59,567 nucleotides of DNA, from assembly GCA_947625635.1 (NCBI GenBank), contig CANQPA010000003.1, positions 1 to 59,567 of the forward strand. The letters run 5' to 3'. Origin of the DNA: an uncultured Bacilli bacterium (GTDB taxonomy: Bacteria > Bacillota_I > Bacilli_A > RF39 > UBA660). A program made the translations under genes and the position numbers. Shown piece by piece: positions 18,798-28,948 of this stretch (position 1 is the first letter of the stretch; every line of letters starts with the position of its first letter). Under the pieces are notes generated by a model, which saw only the letters and a list, made by a program, of their open reading frames with translations, ran no database searches and was not told the DNA's origin.

Positions 18798-20117
18798 CTA
18801 TTCAAATTTTGACAACATGAGCCCAATTATTATAAAATATATAGGAGCTACTTGTATAACGCTTATATTCACGAAAGCTTGTATTGAATATGCAAAAAAA
18901 GCACTCAATAATAAAAACATTAATTTATTATTAGATTTTAAACCTCTGATAAAGGTTAAAAAACATAATACAAGATAAGGAATCAAGCCAAAAATGCCAG
19001 TGCTTACGCAAGTATGAATATAAACATTATGTGCATTATCAACAATATTATAGTAATTATTTATCGAAGAATTATTTAATCCACTTGTTGACAAATATAA
19101 TTTAACATTAGAGTTAATTTTTTGATTTGGATATGCTAAATAAAAATTATCAAATCCAACACCAACTAATAGATTATCTTTTATTATATCCAAACTATTC
19201 ATCCATATTTTTAATCTACCATTACCTCCACTTTTTATTGTCTCATTTATACCTTTCTTACCTATTTCCCATCTAAAATTACCAATACCATTATCTTTTA
19301 CAAAAATAACAGCCATATTTATAAAAAATACAGAAATACAAGTGATTATAAAAATAATAATTAACGACAATAATTTATTCAACATTAAGCTCTTTTTTAT
19401 ATTAAGAAAAAAAGCCAAAAATATAATCACTAATATATATGCTATAAAAGGCCCTGTTGATTGAGAATTTATAAGCGATATAAACAATATTATTATACTA
19501 AAATATTCTCCTTTTGTAGATTGTTTGTTATATAAAAATTTACAAGAAATAATTCCCAAAGTAGTAACAATTAAACTTCCAAAGAAATTTGGATTAACAC
19601 ATAATCCACTAGCCATAAATGTATCATCATACCTAATTATAAAATCAAAATTAGTATACATTTGTAATAATGAATATATTGAATTAACAATAGAAATAAT
19701 TATTATTAATCTTATAAAATTATTTATATCTTTTTTTGTTGCATAAAATTTCCAATTTATAAAAAGTAAATAATAACATAACATAGATAAAAAGCCTTCA
19801 TGTCTATAATCCTTACCAAAAATAGAAATTTCTTTATTTATTGAAAAGGCAACAGAAATAAGTCCCGTTATAACAAGCAAAAAAAATATATAATCATATA
19901 TGTCGATTTTTCTACAACCATTTTTAACATCTTTAAAATAAATATATAACAAAAAGGGTATCGAAACAAATAAAATTATAGCTGGATTAATGTAATCATA
20001 GTTACTGATTATATTATAATGTTCTAAATACTTAGAAACATTTTTTAAGAGTGGAACTCCTATTAAAATGCATAAAGAAGCTATACTTAATATTTTTTTG
20101 TTATAAAGGCACTTCAT
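18798..20117 (-). CDS. O-antigen ligase (Wzy_C) family membrane protein
   Basis: About 11-12 hydrophobic segments; NPN, GRLKIW, GVGFDNF, AHNVY motifs. Confidence 0.85.
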   Translation of the reverse strand: MKCLYNKKILSIASLCILIGVPLLKNVSKYLEHYNIISNYDYINPAIILFVSIPFLLYIYFKDVKNGCRKIDIYDYIFFLLVITGLISVAFSINKEISIFGKDYRHEGFLSMLCYYLLFINWKFYATKKDINNFIRLIIIISIVNSIYSLLQMYTNFDFIIRYDDTFMASGLCVNPNFFGSLIVTTLGIISCKFLYNKQSTKGEYFSIIILFISLINSQSTGPFIAYILVIIFLAFFLNIKKSLMLNKLLSLIIIFIITCISVFFINMAVIFVKDNGIGNFRWEIGKKGINETIKSGGNGRLKIWMNSLDIIKDNLLVGVGFDNFYLAYPNQKINSNVKLYLSTSGLNNSSINNYYNIVDNAHNVYIHTCVSTGIFGLIPYLVLCFLTFIRGLKSNNKLMFLLLSAFFAYSIQAFVNISVIQVAPIYFIIIGLMLSKFE

Positions 20118-20217
20118 ATTATCACCAAAACAATAATATCATATAAAATTAAAAATTAAAATAGAAATGCTTTTGGAAATATATATATATATATTGAAAA
20201 ATTTCAGGTTACTATAC

Positions 20218-20250
20218 AAAATCTACACATTTTTACTTAGTGTAGATTTT
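20218..20250 (-). terminator. Terminator after der
   Basis: AAAATCTACAC/GTGTAGATTTT inverted repeat. Confidence 0.6.
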
Positions 20251-20260
20251 ATCAAATGAA

Positions 20261-21571
20261 TTATTCTTTTTTACCTTTAAAATTGATAACAATCGGTGTC
20301 CCGGAAAAATCAAAAGACTCCCTTATTTTATTTTCCAAATATCTTTCATAAGAAAAATGTATAAGTGATTTACTATTTACTTGAATGTTAAAAGTAGGTG
20401 GCATAGATTTTACCTGACTTGCAAAATATATTTTAAGTCTTTTTCCTTTATAACTTGGTGGAAGATTAAGCTCATATGCATCCATTATAACATTATTTAA
20501 TATACTTGTTTTTATTTCTTTTTTACTATTTTCATATGCATTCAATATTTCTGGCATTAATGTATGCATTCTTGATTTAGTTTTTGCACTTAAAAAAACT
20601 ACTTTTGCATATGGCATAAATGAAAAATTTACTTCTATATCATGTTTCCATTTTTTCATAGCTATATCCTTATTTTCTACTAAATCCCATTTATTTACTG
20701 CTATTACAATAGCTTTACCTGCACGTTTTATATATCCTGCTATATGTTTATCGTGCTCTATTATTCCTTCTTCTGCATTAATAACAAGCACACAAACATC
20801 GGATCTGTCTATTGCTTTTAAACTTCTAAGCAAACTATATTTTTCTATACTTTCATATATCTTACCCTTTTTTCTCATACCAGCAGTATCTATAACTACA
20901 TATTTTTCATTATTAAAATTAAATTCTGTATCAATCGCATCTCTAGTTGTTCCAGCTAAATCAGAAACTATAACTCTTTGTTCATTCAACACAGCATTTA
21001 CCAGACTGCTTTTACCTACATTTGGTCTACCAACAATGCAAAATCTTACCTTTGTATCATCTATAAATTCCTCAGATTTAGGAATTTTACTTGTAATTAA
21101 ATCAATTAAGTCATATATTCCTGTACCATGTTCTCCACTAACTTTAACTATATCTTTAAATCCTAGTTCATAAAAATCGTATTCATTTTCTTTTATTTTT
21201 TTACTATCGCATTTATTTACAGCAACTATTACTTTATTAGATACTTTTTTCAACATATCGCGAACTAAAAAATCATCGCTAGTTAATCCTTCTTTTCCAT
21301 CTACAACAAATACTACTATATCTGCTTCTTCTATTGCAAGACTTGCCTGAACCTTTATTTTATCATTAAAAGATTTATTACCTAATTCAATACCACCAGT
21401 ATCTATTAAATAAAAATTATAATTATTAATATTTACATTAGCCATTATCCTGTCCCTAGTTACACCGGGTATATCCTCTATTATAGATATTTTTTTACCA
21501 ACGATTCTATTAAATATCGTGCTTTTACCTACATTTGGTCTACCTACTAAGGCAACTGTGAATTTTTTCAT
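20261..21571 (-). CDS. der: Ribosome biogenesis GTPase Der (EngA)
   Basis: Two GRPNVGKS G-domains plus a KH-like C-terminus. Confidence 0.98.
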   Translation of the reverse strand: MKKFTVALVGRPNVGKSTIFNRIVGKKISIIEDIPGVTRDRIMANVNINNYNFYLIDTGGIELGNKSFNDKIKVQASLAIEEADIVVFVVDGKEGLTSDDFLVRDMLKKVSNKVIVAVNKCDSKKIKENEYDFYELGFKDIVKVSGEHGTGIYDLIDLITSKIPKSEEFIDDTKVRFCIVGRPNVGKSSLVNAVLNEQRVIVSDLAGTTRDAIDTEFNFNNEKYVVIDTAGMRKKGKIYESIEKYSLLRSLKAIDRSDVCVLVINAEEGIIEHDKHIAGYIKRAGKAIVIAVNKWDLVENKDIAMKKWKHDIEVNFSFMPYAKVVFLSAKTKSRMHTLMPEILNAYENSKKEIKTSILNNVIMDAYELNLPPSYKGKRLKIYFASQVKSMPPTFNIQVNSKSLIHFSYERYLENKIRESFDFSGTPIVINFKGKKE

Positions 21572-21597
21572 AGGATCATCCCTTTCAAATCAAAAGT

Positions 21598-21626
21598 ATT
21601 ATAGCAAAAAAAAAAAAAAAGTTCAA
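21598..21626 (-). promoter_or_regulatory. der promoter with a T15 spacer
   Basis: TTGAAC-(T15 GC)-TATAAT, 17-bp spacer, extended -10 TG. Confidence 0.6.
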
Positions 21627-21648
21627 TTAATATTGAACTAAAAAATTT

Positions 21649-22068
21649 CTATCCAAGAGTTTGGGCAGTAGACACTGATTTTTTAGCAAGGTCTGCTCCA
21701 CAATCAACTGAAAAATCACCATTGGATTCTTTCTTTACTGTACAATTTACACCATCATCTGTTACAATTGCTATTTCTGTTGGTGCATCACCTGTACAAG
21801 TTTTAGATTTCATATTTTCTATTTTTAAATTATCACATATTGTCTTTAATGTTGGTGTTCCTACTATACTTCCATCTGTTGTTTGATACAATGATGTTGT
21901 ATATGCATATTGAACTCCTGTGTATACAAGTTCTGCTGATCTTTTTTTAGCACTATCCCTTGCATCATTTATAATTCCAAGTATAATTGGAGTTGCTATT
22001 AATGCGATTATTGCAAGTATTACGATTACTGCAAGTAATTCTATCAATGTAAATCCTTTTTTATTCAT
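21649..22068 (-). CDS. Type IV pilin, copy 1
   Basis: KKG/FTLIE prepilin site, hydrophobic helix, C-terminal Cys pair. Confidence 0.92.
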   Translation of the reverse strand: MNKKGFTLIELLAVIVILAIIALIATPIILGIINDARDSAKKRSAELVYTGVQYAYTTSLYQTTDGSIVGTPTLKTICDNLKIENMKSKTCTGDAPTEIAIVTDDGVNCTVKKESNGDFSVDCGADLAKKSVSTAQTLG

Positions 22069-22098
22069 ACTATCACCACCTTACTCTATTACATCACA

Positions 22099-22127
22099 AG
22101 TATACTAGATTTATCTATTTTTGTCAA
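22099..22127 (-). promoter_or_regulatory. Promoter of pilin copy 1
   Basis: TTGACA-N17-TATACT. Confidence 0.75.
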
Positions 22128-22177
22128 GAAAATTATAAAAAGTAAAATATTTAAAAAAAGTTCAATTAATATTGAAC

Positions 22178-22600
22178 TTAAGATATTTTTTGACCTGTAG
22201 ATACTGATTTTTTATCAAGATAATCACCACAGTCAACCGTAAAATCTGAATCTGATGGTTCTACTGTACACTCAACACCATCGTCTGTTTTGATCTTTAT
22301 ACTTGTTGCCGCTTCTTCATTTGGATCATAAGCTTTAGATTGCATATTTTCTATTTCTAAATTACTATATATTGTCTTTAATGTTGGTGTTCCTACTACC
22401 TCACCCTCTGTTGTTTGATACAATGATGTTGTATACGCATATTGAACTCCTGTGTATACAAGTTCTGCTGATCTTTTTTTAGCACTATCCCTTGCATCAT
22501 TTATAATTCCAAGTATAATTGGAGTTGCTATTAATGCGATTATTGCAAGTATTACGATTACTGCAAGTAATTCTATCAATGTAAATCCTTTTTTATTCAT
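22178..22600 (-). CDS. Type IV pilin, copy 2
   Basis: Same first 64 aa as copy 1, divergent C-terminal half. Confidence 0.92.
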   Translation of the reverse strand: MNKKGFTLIELLAVIVILAIIALIATPIILGIINDARDSAKKRSAELVYTGVQYAYTTSLYQTTEGEVVGTPTLKTIYSNLEIENMQSKAYDPNEEAATSIKIKTDDGVECTVEPSDSDFTVDCGDYLDKKSVSTGQKIS

Positions 22601-22630
22601 ACTATCACCACCTTACTCTATTACATCACA

Positions 22631-22659
22631 AGTATACTAGATTTATCTATTTTTGTCAA
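22631..22659 (-). promoter_or_regulatory. Promoter of pilin copy 2
   Basis: TTGACA-N17-TATACT, identical to the copy 1 promoter. Confidence 0.75.
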
Positions 22660-22709
22660 GAAAATTATAGAAGGTAAAATATTTAAAAAAAGTTCAATTA
22701 ATATTGAAC

Positions 22710-23126
22710 TTAAGATATTTTTTGACCTGTGGATACTGATTTTTTATCAAGATATCCTTCGCAAGCAACAGCAAAATCGTCATCTGCTTCTTTTGTTACT
22801 TCACAAGATACACCATCATCTGTTGTAATAGTTATTTTTGTTGTAGTAGTCACTATATTTTTATCTTGAACGTTTTCTAACTTTAAATTTTTAGATATTG
22901 TTTCTAAAGTTGGTGTTACTACTATCTCACCATCTGTTGTTTGATACAATGATGTTGTATATGCATATTGAACTCCTGTGTATACAAGTTCTGCTGATCT
23001 TTTTTTAGCACTATCCCTTGCATCATTTATAATTCCAAGTATAATTGGAGTTGCTATTAATGCGATTATTGCTAGTATTACGATTACCGCAAGTAATTCT
23101 ATCAATGTAAATCCTTTTTTATTCAT
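22710..23126 (-). CDS. Type IV pilin, copy 3
   Basis: Same N-terminus; start moved to 23126; own TTGACA-N18-TATATT promoter at 23158-23187. Confidence 0.92.
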   Translation of the reverse strand: MNKKGFTLIELLAVIVILAIIALIATPIILGIINDARDSAKKRSAELVYTGVQYAYTTSLYQTTDGEIVVTPTLETISKNLKLENVQDKNIVTTTTKITITTDDGVSCEVTKEADDDFAVACEGYLDKKSVSTGQKIS

Positions 23127-23170
23127 ACTATCACCACCTATCATCCTCTATAGTATAAATATACCATGTC

Positions 23171-24190
23171 TTATCTATCCCTGTCAATATTATGAATGGA
23201 ATTATTTATTGAAGTAGATATTATATTTGACAATTTGTGTATAATAAAATCAATCTCTTTGGGTGTAACCATAAGATTATAACCAATTGGATTTAAAACT
23301 TCATATATAAACATTTGAAGTTCCTCATCACTTAAAGTCCCTATCATACCAAGTAAATCTTGTTTTTCCTTTTTATTTTCTTTTATTTTTTTATTTAAAA
23401 AATTCACATTATTAAAAGTTAATTTACTTTTAGGATTTTTCATATATTGCTTATTGAAAGCATAATTTTTATAAATAAAACTAATTGTATCAGAAACAAT
23501 AACTGCAGCATCTACAACAGTAGGTACACCAATAGCTATAACAGGAATCCCTAATGTATCTTTGCTAATTTCTTTTCTTTTATTTCCAATCCCACTACCA
23601 GGCTGTATTCCTGTATCTGTTATCTGTATAGTTTTATTCAATCTTTCTATTGATTTACTAGCAAGTGAATCAATAACTATTAAATAATCGGGATTTATTT
23701 TTTGTCCTATCGATTCTATTATGTCACTTGTTTCTATACCAGTTTCACCCATAACTCCAGGATTAATTGCAGCAAGCCTTTTATAATTACTACTTAACTC
23801 CCCCAACATATATAAATGATTTGTAACAATAATATCATTTACAACTAATGGTCCCAATGAATCGGGTGTAGATTTATCATTTCCTAGTCCTACTACAAGA
23901 CCAAATGAATCAGATTTTATTTTTAACATTTTTTTTAATACTAAGGTTAATGTTTTTCTTAATTTATTAGCATTATTATAGTCAGTAACATCTTCAAACT
24001 CTAATGTTATATATTTTCCCTTTTTTTTACCTAAATCATTGTCTTTATCCAGTTCTACATTTGTCACTGTTATATCATTTATTATATTTGTCTTATATTT
24101 TACTCCTTTTAATTTATTTTTATCTTCAACATAATCAATTGCTAAATCAGTTCTTATCTGATATTTACTTAAATCGACTGACTTATTCAT
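23171..24190 (-). CDS. gpr: Spore germination (GPR) endopeptidase
   Basis: IRTDLA, VVGLGN..TPDSLGP, IAIGVPTVVDA, LMVTPKEID; divergent from rpsT as in Bacillus. Confidence 0.95.
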   Translation of the reverse strand: MNKSVDLSKYQIRTDLAIDYVEDKNKLKGVKYKTNIINDITVTNVELDKDNDLGKKKGKYITLEFEDVTDYNNANKLRKTLTLVLKKMLKIKSDSFGLVVGLGNDKSTPDSLGPLVVNDIIVTNHLYMLGELSSNYKRLAAINPGVMGETGIETSDIIESIGQKINPDYLIVIDSLASKSIERLNKTIQITDTGIQPGSGIGNKRKEISKDTLGIPVIAIGVPTVVDAAVIVSDTISFIYKNYAFNKQYMKNPKSKLTFNNVNFLNKKIKENKKEKQDLLGMIGTLSDEELQMFIYEVLNPIGYNLMVTPKEIDFIIHKLSNIISTSINNSIHNIDRDR

Positions 24191-24288
24191 AAAATCACCA
24201 TTATTATTTTTAACAAATTTGCTTATTTTATTGCATTTTTTAATAATTTTTGCTAAAATATGTTTATATGTGACTTGGAGGTGAACTT

Positions 24289-24552
24289 ATGCCAAATTTA
24301 AAAAATGCTAAAAAAAGGGTTTTAGTTAATGAAAAGAAAGAAAAAGTAAATAATGAAATAGCTGCTAGTATGAAAACTGCTATTAAAAATGTTGAAAGAG
24401 CTGTCGCAGCTAAAAATAAAGAAAAAGCAAACGAAAAGTTAAAGGTTGCAATTAAAACAATTGATAAAGCTACAAAAAGTGGAGTAACTTCAAAAAATAC
24501 AAGTGCAAGAAATAAATCTAGATTAAGTAAAAAAGTTAATTCTATGGAGTAA
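24289..24552 (+). CDS. rpsT: 30S ribosomal protein S20
   Basis: MPNLKNAKKR...KNTSARNKSRL. Confidence 0.95.
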   Translation: MPNLKNAKKRVLVNEKKEKVNNEIAASMKTAIKNVERAVAAKNKEKANEKLKVAIKTIDKATKSGVTSKNTSARNKSRLSKKVNSME

Positions 24553-24659
24553 TTATACTTCTTTTTTTTGAAATAAAATTTTTGTAAACTTTTATTATAA
24601 ATATAATTTATTACTTGAGAATAAGTTATAGTATATGTTATAATTAGGATGGTGATTAT

Positions 24660-25553
24660 ATGAAAGATATGTTCAAGATAACTTTTATGATTTTGTTAGT
24701 AATAATAATATATCTTTACAGAGATAACATCACAAATTATATAACTGACGATATATTATATAAAGGAAGTAATAAAGTTTTAACTTACAACGAATATTTT
24801 TTAAATAATGACTACATATTTGTTCAAAATATAGATAGCTCTTCAGTAAAAAATTACCAAGAACTACTTAATATATTTTATACAACCATTAACAGTGGTG
24901 ATGATAGTTACTCATTTTATTGTAAATATAATGATTGCATAAATGATGTTTCTAAATTAATAGAAGATAATGAAATTATATCCGACATTAATAATTTTGT
25001 TCATCCTTTTAATTCTTTTTCTACTATCAATATAAATGTAGAATCAACAGGAAGAGTAACAATTAAAACAAAAAAAGTATATAACAGTGAAGAAATTAAT
25101 TTTATAACAAATTATATAAATGATTTTATTGAAAGTAATATAAATAATTCAATGACCGACTATGATAAAATAAAAGTATTTCATGATTTCATTATAAATA
25201 ATACAATCTATGATGAAAATTTTAATAAAGAAACCGCAAAAGATCCATATACAGCATATAACTTGATTACAACAGGAAAATCAATATGCGGAGGATATAG
25301 TGACATTATGTCAATATATCTAAATATTATTGGTATACAAAATTATAAAATAACGTCTCCTAATCATGTTTGGAATTTGATTAAACTAGACAATAAATGG
25401 TATCATTTAGACTCAACATGGGATGATCCTGTTGCTAGTGATGGTAAACAATACCTACTTCATAATTTTTTCTTAATATCTACTGATGAACTACTAAAAT
25501 TAGATACTGTTGAACATAATTTTAATAAAAATATATATAAAGAAGCAATCTAA
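24660..25553 (+). CDS. Membrane-anchored transglutaminase-like protein
   Basis: N-terminal TM; Cys-His-Asp triad in ICGGYS, HVWN, DSTWDD. Confidence 0.85.
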   Translation: MKDMFKITFMILLVIIIYLYRDNITNYITDDILYKGSNKVLTYNEYFLNNDYIFVQNIDSSSVKNYQELLNIFYTTINSGDDSYSFYCKYNDCINDVSKLIEDNEIISDINNFVHPFNSFSTININVESTGRVTIKTKKVYNSEEINFITNYINDFIESNINNSMTDYDKIKVFHDFIINNTIYDENFNKETAKDPYTAYNLITTGKSICGGYSDIMSIYLNIIGIQNYKITSPNHVWNLIKLDNKWYHLDSTWDDPVASDGKQYLLHNFFLISTDELLKLDTVEHNFNKNIYKEAI

Positions 25554-25588
25554 TCATTTTTACTATTAATTGAAATAAAAAAGAAATA

Positions 25589-25924
25589 CTACTCATTTTC
25601 ATGTATTTCTTTTATTTTATCTTCTATTCTTTTACCATATTCTATAGACTTATCATATACAAATTCAAGTTCTGGTATATGTCTCAATTCTAAAGTATCT
25701 GCCAAATTTTTTCTAATAAATCCTTTTGCACTATTAAGTCCCTTTAAAGCATTTTCTTTATCATTTAAAGTCGTAAAGTAAACTTTAGCAAAACTCAAGT
25801 CATTTGTAACATCTACATAAGTTATAGTAACAAATTTAACATTTGGATTTTTTACTTCATTAGATATAATATAACTAATTTGTTTTTGTATTATACTATC
25901 GATTCTATCATTTTTAATGGACAT
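25589..25924 (-). CDS. rbfA: Ribosome-binding factor A
   Basis: DLSFAKVY, AKGFIR, PELEFVYD; follows infB. Confidence 0.95.
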   Translation of the reverse strand: MSIKNDRIDSIIQKQISYIISNEVKNPNVKFVTITYVDVTNDLSFAKVYFTTLNDKENALKGLNSAKGFIRKNLADTLELRHIPELEFVYDKSIEYGKRIEDKIKEIHENE

Positions 25925-28020
25925 TATTTTTTCTCTACCATTTCATAGGCCTCTATGATATCACCAACTTTAATATCATTAAAGTTAGTCACTGTAATAC
26001 CACATTCTAAACCTTTTTTTACTTCTTTAACAGTATCTTTTTCTCTTTGAATAGAATTGATTTCACCATCATATATAATTATACTATCTCTAATTACACG
26101 AACTTTAGAATTTGATTTAATAATACCATCTACTACATAACTACCAGCTATAGTTCCTACTTTAGAAAATTTAAATAATTGTCTAACTTCTGCATTTCCT
26201 ATAACTTTTTCCTCAAATTCTGGATCAAGCATTCCTTTCATTGCAGCTTCCATATCTTCTACTGCTTTGTAAATTATATCATATAGTCGAATCTCTACAC
26301 CTTGTTCTTTTGCATAATCCTTTATATGATTATTTGGTCTAATATTAAAACCTATTATGATAGCATGAGATGCATTAGCAAGAACTACATCACTCTCAGT
26401 AATGGCTCCTACACTACTTCTAAGGACTTTTACTTTAACACCTTCAACTTCAATCTTCTCAAGTGAATTTCTAACAGCCTCTGCCGAACCATTAACATCC
26501 GCTTTTACTATTACATTAACTTCTTTAATACCCTCTTGTATTTTTGCAAATATATCCTCTAACGATACAGTACCTTTAGCATTTTGCTTTAAATGTTGTT
26601 CTGTTTTTCTTGCTTCACCTATACTTCTTGCCTGCTTTTCTGTTTCAAACGCCATAAATTTATCCCCAGCTTGTGGTGTATCAGATAATCCAGTTATCTC
26701 AACAGGTTGACTAGGTAGAGCACTTGTAATTTCTTCTCCCTTATCATTTTTTAAAGTTCTAACTTTACCATAAGTAGAACCTACAACAATTGGATCACCC
26801 AAACGTAAGGTTCCATTTTGTACTAATATTGTAACAACTGAACCAACACGTTTATCAAGTCTAGATTCAACTACACTACCACTTGCATAACGATGAGGAT
26901 TAGCTTTATATTCTTCCATTTCAGCTACAAGTAAGATATTATCAAGTAATTCTTCTATTCCTTCACCAGTTTTAGCGCTTATTTTAGAATAAATTGTATC
27001 TCCACCCCAAGTATCTGGAGTAAGTCCATAGTCAGATAATTCACTCATTACTTTATCTACATTTGCACCTGGCTTATCTATTTTATTTATGGCGACTATT
27101 ATAGGCACACCAGCAGCTTTAGCATGATCTATAGCCTCTTTAGTTTGAGGCATAACTCCATCATCTGCTGCAACTATTATTATTACTATATCTGTAATAC
27201 TTGCTCCTCTTGCTCTCATCTCAGTAAATGCAGCATGCCCTGGTGTATCTATAAATGTTATAAGTTCATCCTTAACTTTAACTTGATAAGCGCTGATAGC
27301 TTGAGTTATTCCCCCAGCTTCTCCCTGTGCTACATTAGTTTTTCTAATTGTATCAAGTAAGGTCGTTTTCCCATGATCAACATGTCCCATAATAGTAACA
27401 ATCGGTGGCCTTTTAACTAAATCAGCTTCATTATCATTTATTTCAAATTCTTCAAATTTAGTTTCATCTATTATTTGTTCCCTTTTTAATTCTTTATTAT
27501 ATTCTGATACTAAAAGCTCCGCATTATCAAAATCTACTTTATTATTTACCGTGGCCAAAGTTCCTAACATAAATAATTTTTTTATAAGTTCACTTGGCGA
27601 TACGTTTAAACTTTTAGCCAAATCTCCTATAGTCATACCATCTTTAAATGTTACAACATTACTATCAATTGTAGGTCCATTGCTTATAAGTTTTTCCTTA
27701 TTTTTATACATCTCTTTTTTCTTCCTAGCTAGTTCTTTTTTGCTTATTTTGTTCTTATTTATTGGTTGTACTTGCTTTTTTTGTTTTGTAATTATATTGC
27801 TACCTTCTTGTTTTTTATTTTCCTTTTCTATAAGTTCTTCTTCATATTCTAAATCCATCTCATCTTCATTCAAAGCAATTAAATTATCTAATTCCGTTAT
27901 AGCCTCTTCATCTAGAGTATCATATTCACTATCTGCAGATATATTTAATTTTTTACATAGATCTAAAATCTCGCTTACAGTTTTATTTACATCCTGTGCA
28001 TATTCTTCCACACTCATCAT
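25924..28020 (-). CDS. infB: Translation initiation factor IF-2
   Basis: [31 protein letters not shown]. Confidence 0.98.
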   Translation of the reverse strand: MMSVEEYAQDVNKTVSEILDLCKKLNISADSEYDTLDEEAITELDNLIALNEDEMDLEYEEELIEKENKKQEGSNIITKQKKQVQPINKNKISKKELARKKKEMYKNKEKLISNGPTIDSNVVTFKDGMTIGDLAKSLNVSPSELIKKLFMLGTLATVNNKVDFDNAELLVSEYNKELKREQIIDETKFEEFEINDNEADLVKRPPIVTIMGHVDHGKTTLLDTIRKTNVAQGEAGGITQAISAYQVKVKDELITFIDTPGHAAFTEMRARGASITDIVIIIVAADDGVMPQTKEAIDHAKAAGVPIIVAINKIDKPGANVDKVMSELSDYGLTPDTWGGDTIYSKISAKTGEGIEELLDNILLVAEMEEYKANPHRYASGSVVESRLDKRVGSVVTILVQNGTLRLGDPIVVGSTYGKVRTLKNDKGEEITSALPSQPVEITGLSDTPQAGDKFMAFETEKQARSIGEARKTEQHLKQNAKGTVSLEDIFAKIQEGIKEVNVIVKADVNGSAEAVRNSLEKIEVEGVKVKVLRSSVGAITESDVVLANASHAIIIGFNIRPNNHIKDYAKEQGVEIRLYDIIYKAVEDMEAAMKGMLDPEFEEKVIGNAEVRQLFKFSKVGTIAGSYVVDGIIKSNSKVRVIRDSIIIYDGEINSIQREKDTVKEVKKGLECGITVTNFNDIKVGDIIEAYEMVEKK

Positions 28021-28035
28021 GAGTACCACCTCTTT

Positions 28036-28464
28036 CTATAATTTTCTTACTTTTGTTCCAGCCTCCATCAAAAAATGTTTAGATAAATTATCCTCATAGT
28101 ATCTATCATAGACAATTTCATTAACACCACAACTTACAAGTAATTTAGCACATATATGGCAAGGGTAATCTGTTATATAGGCTGTACTTCCATCCAGTTC
28201 TACACCATTTCTTGCAGCCTCACTAATAGCAAGTTGCTCTGCACATATAGCACGGCACACTTCTCTTCTCTCACCACTTGGTATATGTAACTCATCCCTT
28301 ATACATCCAACTTCACGACAATCTCTTACTCCACCTGTTACATTGTTATATCCTTGTGCAACAATTTTACCATCTTTAACAAAAACTGCGCCTACTTTAA
28401 TTCTTGAACAAGAAGATTTTTCTGCTTGTTCATACGCTTTATTCATATACTCTCTATCACTCAT
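28036..28464 (-). CDS. dCMP deaminase/ComEB-like zinc deaminase (CAE variant)
   Basis: VGAV..K.G, GYN, ICAEQ, PCHIC. Confidence 0.85.
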   Translation of the reverse strand: MSDREYMNKAYEQAEKSSCSRIKVGAVFVKDGKIVAQGYNNVTGGVRDCREVGCIRDELHIPSGERREVCRAICAEQLAISEAARNGVELDGSTAYITDYPCHICAKLLVSCGVNEIVYDRYYEDNLSKHFLMEAGTKVRKL

Positions 28465-28465
28465 A

Positions 28466-28945
28466 TCATAACTCCAAACTTAATTTTTTACCTGATTTTT
28501 TATACTGTGTATATTTAACACCACATGTATCAAATAATTTTTTTGAAACTATATTTCCCTCTGTTTTATCATATTTGTCACTTAAATAAATTACTTCAGT
28601 AATACCTGATTGAATAATTGCTTTTGCACACTCATGACAAGGAAATAAAGTTACATAAACCTTGCACCCCCTAACGGATATTTTAGAATTTAATATGGCA
28701 TTAAGTTCCGAATGACACACATAAGCATATTTAGTATCTAAAAATCCACCATTGCGATTCCAAATCATATCTTTATCATCGTCAAATCCTATAGGAGCGC
28801 CATTATATCCTAAAGAGACTATTTTATTATCTTGATCTACAATACAAGCACCAACTTGGCTATTTGGATCTTTACTTCTCTCGGCTGAAATCAGAGCAAT
28901 TCCCATAAAATATTCATCCCAATTTATATAATCATTTCTTTTCAT
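28466..28945 (-). CDS. dCMP deaminase
   Basis: WDEYFMG, RSKDP.SQVGACIV, VCHSELNAI, FPCHEC. Confidence 0.92.
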   Translation of the reverse strand: MKRNDYINWDEYFMGIALISAERSKDPNSQVGACIVDQDNKIVSLGYNGAPIGFDDDKDMIWNRNGGFLDTKYAYVCHSELNAILNSKISVRGCKVYVTLFPCHECAKAIIQSGITEVIYLSDKYDKTEGNIVSKKLFDTCGVKYTQYKKSGKKLSLEL

Positions 28946-28948
28946 ATT

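Larger units (their letters stand above)
21620..23138 (-). repeat. Three tandem ~532-bp pilin units (promoter-RBS-pilin-terminator)
   Basis: Palindrome AGTTCAATTAATATTGAACT at 21620, 22159 and 22691; near-identical intergenic regions 22069-22177 and 22601-22709; near-identical first 64 codons. Confidence 0.95.

Noticed and set aside
20179-20194. (AT)8 microsatellite upstream of the Wzy_C gene as a phase-variation switch
   Set aside because: It is not within a coding frame or a clear promoter spacer, and it is plausible by chance at this AT content.
21620-22710. Repeated 20-bp palindrome AGTTCAATTAATATTGAACT as a CRISPR repeat or recombination site
   Set aside because: Spacing is ~530 bp, each copy follows a stop codon and has a U-tail, and no cas, integrase or invertase gene is nearby. 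A terminator explains it.
21920-23217. Three near-identical plus-strand ORFs (MYTSSADLFL...)
   Set aside because: They are the reverse complement of the conserved pilin 5' halves. The repetition comes from the duplication and does not indicate a toxin family.
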